From: Camelus ferus
Taxonomy: Eukaryota
Assembly: GCF_009834535.1 (NCBI RefSeq)
Contig: NC_045713.1
Location: forward strand, 13,826,001-13,890,000
Direction: 5' to 3'
Length of the DNA stretch: 64,000 nt
Part shown: positions 1-13,800 of the stretch, piece by piece
Position numbering within the stretch: the stretch's first letter is position 1
Layout: every line of letters begins with the position of its first letter
Position numbers and translations under genes: made by a program
The notes under the pieces: model-generated
Told to the model about the DNA's origin: nothing
Database searches by the model: none
What the model saw: only the letters and a program-made list of their open reading frames with translations

Positions 1-30
1 CCACCCTCTGTTCTGCTCTTGGTCTTGCAG

Positions 31-2998
<2,968 letters not shown>

Positions 2999-3033
2999 TA
3001 GACTGTATATAGATTTGATTACTTCTTGATTGA

Positions 3034-3039
3034 AATAAA
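3034..3039 (+). terminator. Proximal poly(A) signal of TRAF7
   Basis: AATAAA about 340 nt after the stop, followed by a GT-rich stretch (ctgtggctgtgagtgg). Confidence 0.7.
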
Positions 3040-3293
3040 AGCTGCACAGACTGTGGCTGTGAGTGGGGAAGGCTGTTAGGGGGAGGGGGAGGCTGCCTGA
3101 GAACACTGGGATACACAGGCCCCAGCAGCCTGTGGGGAAGAAGCTGGGGAGGGACCACAGGCAGCTCCTGTTGACAACCCCAGGAGCAGGCTTTTTGGTG
3201 AATTCTCCTTGCCAGGAACAGGCTAGCCCTCAACTTGCCCCCAACACCCCCGCCTCAAAAGTGATCCAGGCAGCAGTGATCCATTTTCTGCTG

Positions 3294-3299
3294 TTTATT
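3294..3299 (-). terminator. Poly(A) signal of CASKIN1
   Basis: TTTATT on + (AATAAA on -), about 1.6 kb past the CASKIN1 stop. Confidence 0.75.
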
Positions 3300-4281
3300 G
3301 ACAGCTGACAGTAGTTCCCTGCCCGGACCCCCCTCCCCACCTGCTGGCCCTGGCCTGGGCCACCCACTGAGGAGAGGCCAGGGAGATGGCCAGGCACTCC
3401 ACCTGGGGAAGTGTCAGGATGTGACTGCTGGAAGGGGCCCCACATGCCCAGACACCACCTCGGCAGAGCCCTTCCACCTGCCCGAATCACAATCGCTGGT
3501 TTTCGGCGTTTTTTAATTCTTTTTTTTTTTTTTAAAGAAATGTCAAAGTTGTGCCCAACACACGTGAATCAGCAAAGACGATAGAGGAGGCCAGTCAGTA
3601 TTTTTTGGAGGGGGTAGAGGGAGGAAGAGAAGGCGAGAACGACCACACAACACGGCCTTGGACCACGAGCAGAGCGTCCGTGGGAACTCAAATGGGGGTG
3701 GGCTGGCTGCAAGGAGCCAGCTTGGGGACCCCAGGGAGGGAGAGTCGGGTACACCCTCACATGAGCCACACACAGCCTGGCATGCACGCCTCGCACCCAC
3801 TGTTGTCACCCAGCTGACACACCCACATTCACCACACTGTGTACACAGCTCCCCTGAAGCCCAGGGGCACCCTCATGCCAGCACCCCCAAGAGAGGAGGA
3901 GCCCTCTCCATTGTCTCCACCGCGTGGAGGACACAGCCCAGCAGCGAGCAAGGCACATCCTTCAAGTTCTTCAGATGCAGAGAAGTTAGGAGAGAGAGCA
4001 GAGGGGAGGCCCTGGTGGAACATGGAACCCTCCCCAGACCCCAGCCTCCTGTTTGTGCTACTGGGCCAGGGGTCTGGCCACTCCTGGATGGAGGGAGGGA
4101 AGGACACACAGACAGATGGCCTGGGCCTCTAACAGCTTTTGTCTTGAGCTAGATTCCAGTATCCTTGCAGTTGGTAAATGGTTTTCTATAGAATCAATAA
4201 TATTTTTTCTTTCTTTAAATATATATTTGTTAAAGTTATAACTTTTTGTTTCTCTGGGGAAATCTGCCTCAGCTCATTCCC

Positions 4282-4287
4282 AATAAA
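4282..4287 (+). terminator. Distal poly(A) signal of TRAF7
   Basis: AATAAA at the end of an AT-rich block (4160-4310) embedded in GC-rich DNA; resembles the human TRAF7 mRNA end as recalled. Confidence 0.7.
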
Positions 4288-4875
4288 TTAATACTCTTCG
4301 ATAGCTTATATTCTGGGGGGTGCAGTGGAGCAGGGGCCCCAACCCCAGCCCCTTGTGCTGCGCCAGAGCGGCTGGCAGAGGACCCCCAATGGGCAGTTCT
4401 GTGCTGGGCTTAGGCCTGTGCTCTGCCACAGATTGGGGAGGGGACTACAGCGGCTGCCCCACTCCCGCTGCCTCACCTGGCAGGGGTTTCAGGGGCTGCC
4501 CCTCCTCCACCCACAGCTGGCAGAGCTTGGTGGTGGGTGGGCAGATGGCCCAGCAGTTATTGCACAGGGAGCAGCAGATAGGGACGGGCACCCACGGGGC
4601 AACAGCATCTGCCCAGAGCCCTTGGGTCCCCCAGCCAGGCAGTCCTCCCGGCTAGGCTCAGGGGGCAAGAGTTGTGCTTGTGCAGGGGCTGGGCAGCACG
4701 GCCTACCCCCGCCTCGTGCCTGCAGCCACTTGGAGGGCTATCCCCTGCGCCCGGCTCCCCTTGGCCCGTCGCCCTGCTCGCTCGCGCCACGCCACGAGGT
4801 GCCCATCCTGAGGTAAAGGTCAGTGTGCGGGCCAGAGCCCATGCGGCGCGGGCGGGCCCGACGTGGGCGGCCGCG

Positions 4876-7800
4876 TCACTCCAGCATGGCGTCCAGCTGG
4901 TCGGCCAGGTCGTCAAACATGCTACCAATGTCATCCAGGATGCTGCCGGTGCTCTTCTCTGCTGCCGAGGGGCTGGGGGCGGGCGCGGCGTGAGTAGACG
5001 GGGTCGATGCAGAATGTCCCGCCCCAAGTCCCGTTCTTCCTCTCGTTGAGGCCACGCCCTCGCTTCGGGGCGGGGCCAGAGTAGTTCACGCCCCCACACC
5101 ATCCACCCCGCCCCCGAATCCAGCCCACGCACTGCAGCCTGGTGCGAGGACTGGGGCAGCTCGCAGACCCCGCCCAACCAGGGCCCCGACCCGCGATGTA
5201 TGGGCGGGGCCTGCTCCAGACCATGCCCCTTCAGTGCGACTCGGCTCCGCCCTCGCAGGGCACCCTTGAAGCGCTCTCAGGCAGCATTCTCATGTAGGCC
5301 CTACCTACGCCCACGCAGGACCCCGTCCCGCACCTACCGTGAGCCCTGCGCGTCCTCCTGTCGGATCTTCTCTTCTACGGCCTGCAGCGCCGCTGCCAGG
5401 CACGCGCTCGTTTCCTCCAGCTTCTGCCGGACGCTGTCCCCAGGCGAGGCACCGTCGGGCGCAGCTGGAGGCCCGGTGGCGGCGGAGGCGGCAGCGGCGC
5501 GCGGCGGCTTGGCGGGCACGTGCAGCGCGGGTGCACCTGGGGACGGGGGCCTGGCGGGGCTGGCGCTCAGTGAGGGCGGCGTGCTGGCCGGCTTGGCGAG
5601 GGCGGCGGGCGGCTGGCGTGCCGGCGAGGGCGCCGGCGACGGACTGGTGCTGCCCGACTGCAGCCCCGCCGCGGCCTTGGCCGGCTTGGGCGCAGTGGGC
5701 GGCGGCGGCGGCTTGGGAGACACAGGCGGCGGCGTGCCATGAGCACGCTTCACCTCTGCGGGGAGGAGGAGACTCGCACCGGGTGGGAGGTAACGAGGAG
5801 CGCGCGCTGCCCACCCCAGCAGAGGCCCTGCCGCAGCGCTAAGGTAACACCCTCTGCACTGCTAAGGCCTCATCCCTCCGCAACCCTCAAGCCCTGGGCC
5901 TCCCTGAGGCTGCCAGGGGTCGGGCTTCCCAGTGCACACCTGCTTAGGTGACTGCCTCCAAACCCGGGCCAGCCCACCCCCACCTCCATCCCTCTCCAGG
6001 TGTGGCCTACTGCAGCCACTGACCCTTCAGTTGCTTGAATGCTACAGGGCCTTTGCACCTCTGATCCTTATGCCTGAAAGCCACTCCCCTCCCTCCTGTG
6101 CTGGGGTTACTCTCCAGCCAGGTCAGAATCCTCCCTGACCCTTCCAACCTCTTTCTTCCACAGGTGCTGCTATTCATGGCTCACTGAGCAATGTGTGGAT
6201 TCATCTACCCTTGTCCCAGCTCTGGGCTGGTGGAGCGGTCCAGTGGGTGGATGGATGGATGAGAGAGAACACTTTCCTACCCCACTTCACCTGGTCTTTA
6301 TCAAATCCAAGAAATGGAAAACCCCTCAGACCATGGAGTGGGGAGCTGGCAGCGGGGTGAGGGTTCCCTAGCAGGCTCCCTGCACCTACCTGGGCTGCCC
6401 GGACCTGGCAGCGGCACCTTCTTGGAGGCAGGTGTGGGTGAGCCCTGGATCTTGGGCACAGGCTGAGCCAGAACGGGCTTGGGAGAGACAGGCGGCTTGG
6501 TCAGCTTCCGGGTGTCGCTGTCGGGCGGGGGCAGCGGGGGCAGGTGCATCAGGTCAGAGGGCGGGGGCTCAGCGGGCGGAGGTGGAGGGGGCAGCTCTGG
6601 GGGCCCAGCCTGCTCAGAGGCCGGTCGGCGGCGCACAGTGCCCATTCCATTCTGGTACACAGACAGCGGTGGGGGTAGCTCAGGACCTGCCTCCCGCTCC
6701 TTGGCTTTGGGCCGGCGCTTGACAGTGTCGGACTCAGTTAGGATGAACTTCACGTTCTCCTGCTGGCTCTGCTTGGCTCGGATGCGCCTCTTGAGTGTGG
6801 CACTGGCCTCCACCCTGGCCAGGGGCGGTCCCTCTGCACTCGCCTCGCCCTTGGCTGGACCTCGAGGCCTCTGCCGGGCAGTGCCATCTTCCACAAACTG
6901 GCCGTGATCTGCAGGGGGCCCCTGCTCTCCTGGACTACGGCGAGCAGTGGCCAGAAGTCCTGTGACGGGCCCACTCAGCGTGCGGCGCCGGTTCACCACC
7001 TCACCATCAGGCCCAATGGCCTCCTTGTGTTTCACCGAGGCCAACACTGTGGCCACCCGCCCTGGCTCCGGGCTGGCAGGGCGAGGTGTGGGGTGGCCCT
7101 CGGGGGGCCTGCGGGCTGCCCGGCCCCCACCCCCAATGGACGACAGCTCGAGCATGGCTGCAATGCTCTTCACGCTGCCAGCACTTCCTGTGTCCACACT
7201 GCCAGCCAGATCACTAGCCCGGCGGCGCTGTGCTCGGACCCCCAGCCGGCCGTCCTCAGTCCCAGCCCCCTCGGTCTCCACATCTGGCACCGACTCATCG
7301 GCCAGGTTGGCACTGGCCATGGCTGAGCTGGAGCGCTTGGGCGGGGGCGGTGGGGGCCCCTTCTTTCTCGGTCGCACAGCGAATGACTGGCTGCGGTTAA
7401 CGTTCTTGTCGGCACCAGCAGGAGCCCGCACCGAGTGGCTGCGTCCCACACGCCGCTGGACCGTGGCATAGGGCCCTGCAGCCGCCGGCACCAGCAGCTC
7501 GTCCCGCTCCGGCTCACTGTCAGACGCTGCGTAGCGATTCAGGCTGTGGGCACGCTTCTTGGGCCGCTCTGGCTCCACATCAGCCTCGGGGGGCAGGCAC
7601 AGCATGGGCACAGTCGTGGGAACAGCCGCAGGTGCAGGCCCCGGAGCAGCCGGCGCTGCCTCGCTCTCCACGGGTTGGGGCAGCACATAGGCAAAGCCAC
7701 GGTGTGTGGGTGACTGAGGCAGCGAGCGAGGTGACATGGGTCGCTCTGCTGGTGGCAGCAGCTGGGGGGTGGGCTTCACCTTGGCTGTGGCTGGGGCTGG

Positions 7801-10800
7801 GCCATGAGGCCCCCCGACAGCCTGGGGGGAGCTTGGCCGGGCTTTTGTGGGTGTCTGCGGGGGCGTGAAGTGGCTGGCACCTGGTGGAAGGACCTGCCGT
7901 GGCTTGCCAGGCACTGGGGGCACGCTGGCCCGCTTGATGCTGTGGCCGTGGCGGCTGGGCCGCGCCTCCTTAGGGGGGGTCCCTGGGGCTGGCCCCTCAT
8001 CCAGCAGGTACTCCTGGCTTCGTGACATGGGGCTGCCAGGCCCAGGGGGTCCATCGCCCAGCAGCTCCTGAGAACTGCTCATGTGCCGAGCCCGCCCACC
8101 CAGGCTGGGCTCTGGCCGCATAGAGGCCCTTGGGGTGGGCGGCAGGTGGTTGGAGGGCTTCTCGGCAGTGGCAGCGGCAGTGGCAGCGGCAGTGGCAGCG
8201 GCAGCAGCCCCTTCGGCCGGGCCAGTCATGGCAGCCTGCAGCTCACCGCTGAGCTCACTGTCCTGGAAGGTGGTCATCTTAGGAGACTGGCAGTCAGCTG
8301 GGGCAGGCTCAGGTGGGGGTGGCGACTCTATGGCCATCACTTCAAGCGACTGTGGTACCTTCCGGCGCAGGGGTCCCCCCTCATACTTGGCATACTCTGC
8401 CTTCTGTAGCTCCGCCAGTTTCCTCACTGCCAGCATTAGCTTCTTCTGGTGTCCTGAGTAGGGCACAGGGAAGGTAAGGCCAGGGAGGGTGGCAAGGACC
8501 AGGAGGCAGCAGGGGCCGGGTGAGGCCTCACCCAACTTGGTGATGCCGATCTCCTGCAGATCCTCCCAGGTGATGTCGGTGATGAAGTCAATATTCTCAT
8601 AGCCGTTGTCCACCAGCACCTTGTAGTACTGGGCCAGGCCGATCATGGACAGCCACACAGCCAGGTTAGCCTACGGAGCAGGGGACACAGAGGGCAGCCC
8701 GAGCTGGCTGCCCACACCCTGCCCACCACTTGGAGCTGTCAGAGGAAGGGGCACCGGGCCAGCCCCGCACAGACAGACAGAAGGACAAACAGACAGGCCA
8801 GAGGTGTCAGCTTTGGAGACAGGGCCGCCTTGACAGGAGCCCAAGGCCAGCTCACACACGCGTGCCAACACATGCAAACACACACAGGGGTGACCCTTTC
8901 CTCAGGACACCCTTTGGGGGAGAGCAAAGAACGTGCTTCCTCACTTGCCCAGGCAGCCACAGGGACAGCACTCAAGAGGACACACCCCACACATCGTGGA
9001 CGCAGACACACAGCACCAACCAGATACGGGTATACACACGCCTTGCATCTCAGCCACACACGGGCACTGACACCCTGCTGAGTCACGCTCACCAGTTCCC
9101 CACCAGCGCAGGCACACCTCATATACCATGTCACACGCATGTGCAAGCGTCTGTGTTGGTCTTTACCCAGAACCAACTGGTGGCTCCCTGAATGGCATCC
9201 ACCTGTCCACACACTCCCAGCTCAATGTCACTCACACACCATCACGCAGCACACTTGATCACCCCCTGGGTGCAAGCACAGTGAGGCCCATGGGACCCAG
9301 ATGTGCTGGCTGGGAGGGGCCCTGAGCCGCTGACTGAGTGGGGTGAAGCAGGGTGGACAAACATGAACCTGCTTGTCACCAACCCACAGCATCTCCCTCA
9401 TGGATGTGTGGGAGCCTGAAGCACAGCATGAGGCCCAGAGAGGCAGCAAGGATGCGACAGGCCCTGGGCCCACCTTCTCCCAGTCCAGAACCTGTCCCAC
9501 CACAGGGGTGCCTGTCTGTGACAGCACGGCCCACTGCCTATGTGGCTGTCAGCCATCAGGGCAGCCAGCATGTGCAGTCATTGATTGGCGCCCAGAGTGT
9601 ACTTAGTGCACGTGTGTTGCCTGTGTACACGAAGCACACACGCACACATCTCCCCCATGTGTGTGCCTGGGTGTGTGCGAGCATGCCCTGTCAACACAGC
9701 CCCTCTGCAGTGTCTGGGTGAGTGTGCAATGGGCAGCAGTACAGGAGTGCCCGGTGGCGCCGGTGTCCTCGTGTGGCAGCCTGAGTGTTGAGCACGTAGT
9801 AGAGATGGGGACTCTCCAGGCTTCCAGCTCCTTTTGCCCTGACGGCCCTCAGAGGCTGTCCCCTCTTGCCCCTGCCCCAGTGCCCCTGACGGAGGGACAG
9901 GGGCCATCCTCTGCTCTCCTCTCCCTGGATTCCCCAGAGGGCAGGGGAGGGCTGTAGCCAGGGAGGCAGTCTGTCTGTCTGCCCATCCTGGCCTGGCCAC
10001 CGGGGTGCAGGGGGCCTTACGGGTTTGTGCTCAGGCAGCCAGTCAGGGATGCTTAGGCCACTGATCTCTGCAGTAATCTTCTTCCGGTGGCCCGGCTTGG
10101 TGACCCCAATGGCCGTGAGGTCCTAAGTAGAGGAGAGGCCTGTTAGTTGGAGGCTGGAGGCCCATCTCTGGGTGGCCAGGCTTCAGGTAGCTCACCTCAG
10201 GGGTCATGCGGCTGATGGTGGGCAGGTCGTAGCCAGCACTGATGAAGTTGGGGGCGTAGAGCTGTAGCTGGAACGTGGCAAGCCACTGGCTGACAGCCTC
10301 GGTGCTCTGGAAGACACAAGGCACCCGCTGCAGGCTCGCCCGCCCGCTCACCTGCCAGGCATGCATCCCAGCCACCGCAGTGCCTCGTTCTCTGCTCAGC
10401 CGAAGACCGTGCAGTTCAATCTGCCGTCCACTGGGCCATCTGCAGCCAGGGCCCGGTCAGCCTGGCACCGCTGCTCCTCCTCACGCTGTGGTCTTGGATG
10501 CTGCCGTCTTGAGCATCGTCCAGCACTTCAGCCTCCTTCTATGATCTCCACCGGGAGGGTCCAGCTGCTGTCCACATCATAGGCTTCCCTGACAGTCCCC
10601 CCCATTCCTGTCCCAGGGACACCCTGGAGTGTGGTCCCATGGGAGGGGCACTAGGAATGGGGCCTCAGGTAGGGGCACCTAGTGCTGCCCCTCCCCACCC
10701 TAGTAGGTGGGCTCTGCCCAGAGTTCTGCAGAGGACTCAGCCAGCAGCTCGCCTCCCCTAGCACACAGGTGCAGCACACCGGACCTATCTCACCCATGCA

Positions 10801-13800
10801 CACCCACTGTCTAGTCTCACACCCCTGCCCATCCACACGCACACATATGCATACACGTGCCCGGCTTGCAATCAAACCAGCCACACAAGCACACCCCCCA
10901 GTTCACTGCACACCTGTGTCACACCTCCTAGACACACAAGCTTACATGCATAGCCCATACAACAGACAACACCTATACACACAGACAGATGGACAGAAGG
11001 ACGGGCCTGGCCTGGCCTGTCAAGGGCCCTGGCTGAACTGTGGCCAAGCCAGGCAGGCTGCCCCAGGCGCCCCTCCCTGCGGCCGGCCCAGCCCCTGTAC
11101 CTTGCCCTCTGATGCTGCCTCTGGCTTCTTGGGTGGCTGTTCCCCAAAGACCTGCCCAGCATGGGCCACTGGAGGCTGGGACCGGGTGGCACCTGGGGAC
11201 AAGAGGGTGTGGTGGGGCAAGGGCTGCCTGGGGGCTACCTCCCTGCCAGGCCAGCAGTACCACGTCCTTGCTCTTACCTGCGGAGCCCTCCGGAGGCTTG
11301 ACAGGGCTGTCCCCGGGGCTGGAGTCGGAGACAGGCTTCTGGGAGAGCACTGTTGCCAGGAGCTGCAACCCAGACAGGCCAGCTGGCCAGGGCTGCTCCA
11401 GCCAGAGGCCACCCCAGTCCTGCCACTACCCCACCTACCTTGACCCCTTCAGAGCCTGCGTGTAGGGTGTGGCCCCCACTGCTCCGGCCACCAGCCACAC
11501 TGCTCAAGCTGCCACTGCGGTCCCCACCTGCCAGCAGGAGGGAGCATCGTCTGCCGGTGCTGGCCCGGCCTAGTTCGGTGCTGCCTTACAGAAGTGTGGC
11601 TGCCTGCCACCTACCTGCAAAGGGCTTTCTCAGCACCCAGATCTCCTCAGGGGGTGCAGGGGTGCCTGATGAGCTGCCTCCCTGGGGTGGGCTTGGTTCG
11701 GCACCTGCACGGGAACCTGTGAACCAAGCACAGCCTTCCTGAGTCCTGGACCAGCTCTGGCCTGGGGCATTCCGTGGCCTGGCCCCTGAGCCTGCGCAGA
11801 GCAGAGGCCGAACACACACGCCTTAGGGAGTCGGCACCACAGCCTCCTCCTGCCCTGGCCGTCTCCAAGGAGCTGAGAGACCCTCAGAAGACCCCTCCCA
11901 ACCCGGAATTTTTGAGAGCATGGCAGAGAGGGGCACAGGCCAGGCTATCCTGCCAGTGGCTCTGTGGTCCTGTAGGTGGGGGAATTGCAGGAGGGTGCAA
12001 ATCCCTCTGTGACAGGGTAGCAGGGAGAGGGAAGAGGCCCCCAGGAGCCTGGGACCAGGGTCCTCAAACCAGGGACCTAGAGGTCTGTGGGCGGGCTGGC
12101 TTCACCTCATAACTGGCCCTCCTCTGCCCTCTCACCCCACCTGTCAATCTCCATGTCCTTGGTATGGGGTAAACCGATCTCCCCATGGCCCTATGGCCTT
12201 GTCCTGTGCCCCTCTTCTCACCAAGTCAGCCACACCAGCCTCCTTTGGACTCACTAATCACACTCTTTCTTGCCTCCCAGCCTTCACACACGTGGTTCCC
12301 ACTGCTGTTTGCTGCCCGCGGCCAGCCCCTCCTGTTTCTCAGGGCCTTCTCTGACCGCCCTGTCTACAGCGGTCTCCATCCACATTCTCTGTCAGTGGCT
12401 GGTACCTTCTATGTTTATTCCACTGTCTTCTGCTTCCCTCCCTCCCCAAGGGCAAGCTCCTGGAGAGCAGGAATGACGTCCATCTGGGTCACCGTCTATT
12501 CTGAGTGGCTAGCCTGCAAGGTCAGCTGAATAAAAGAAGTGGGTGTGGGGACACAGATGAGGGGACAGCTGGCAAGACACACTGCTCGACCCCACTCCAG
12601 ATCCTACACCTAGCAGTGGCTAGAGCTTGGTCCTTGCCCTTTCAGCTGACACATCCGTGCATGTGCTTCCTTCTGGCCCGAGCTCAGGCCTGGAGGGGGA
12701 CTTGCCTGCTCGCTTGACAATGGCCTCGCCCAAGGAGGACGGGAAGTAGCCCACACGGTCGTTGCCTGTCCTGTTGTCATGGATACAGCCCTTCCACCGG
12801 CCATCTGGATGCTGCTCAAGGACCTGGCCAGATGAGGTGGGGGAAGTATGCTCAGGGAGACGCCCCTCCAGGTCAAGCAGCTGGATGGCTTGGGCCTCCT
12901 GCTCAGACTCCCATGCCCCCCAAGTTCTGCTGGGTGTTGTGGGGTAAGCATCCCGCCCCTCCTGGCTCCAGCAGCCCCTGGCCATCCTTACTGTGATAAT
13001 GTCCCCTGCTTTCACATTGAGGCTGGTCAGGTCATAGTTGTTGCAATAATCCTTGGTCGCCCGGACCTGCAGGGCCGCCGAAGCCTCTGGGGACACAGGA
13101 GGCAGCAGACCCCCCAGTCCTGTGAGCCGGCCCGGCCCAGGCTCTGCCCCTGCCCACCTGCCCTGCCCGGGCCCACCTCGCAGCAGCTGCTTGATCTCCT
13201 TGCTGGCCTGGGAGGTGGTGAACTGGTGCACGATGTCCAGGGCCGTCTGGCTGTAGGTATTTCTCACATGGGCATTGATCCCGCTCTGTATGCCAGAGGG
13301 CGAGGCCCATCAGAAGCGCCCCCCCGACACCCACATGTGACCCCAGATCCCCCAGCCCACTGACTCACATCCAACAGCAGCCGAACCACTTCTGTTTTCC
13401 CGCAGAGTGCGGCCTCGTGCAGGGCTGTGCCAGACTTGGTCTGGCGGTTGATGTCAATGCCGGCTTGGAGGAGGAGTCTGGTGAGGAGGTAGGAGTAGCC
13501 AGCAGGGTCTTACACAGGAGCCCTCCACCCCAGCACCCCCAAGCCGGGCTCCAAGTCCTGGGGGCCTGAGAATAAACCAACCCTGCCCCACCTCCCTGAC
13601 AAGACAGTGATGGAGCACTTGTAGAAGTGCCCCTCCCTGGACGAACCCTTCACGCTGTTATCTCTTCTCATTATAATAGGAGTGCTGCTGTGATGCCCAC
13701 TTTAAGGATGGGGAAACTGAGGCTCAGAGAAGTTCAGGGCTGCCACAAGATGACCCAGCAAGCAGCATAGGCCGTGGGGCTGTAGAGGCCAACCTCGCAG

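Noticed and set aside
4300-8700. Many long overlapping + strand ORFs opposite CASKIN1 exons 18-20 (and similar ones at 20446-21887 and 50636-51544)
   Set aside because: Expected shadow ORFs of GC-rich coding or CpG-island DNA; no independent support.
10352-10590. Possible cryptic exon in CASKIN1 intron 14 ending at a strong CAG|GTGAGC donor, in frame with exon 15
   Set aside because: The downstream intron would be only 45 nt, too short for normal splicing. Upstream acceptors either lack a pyrimidine tract or lead to stops.
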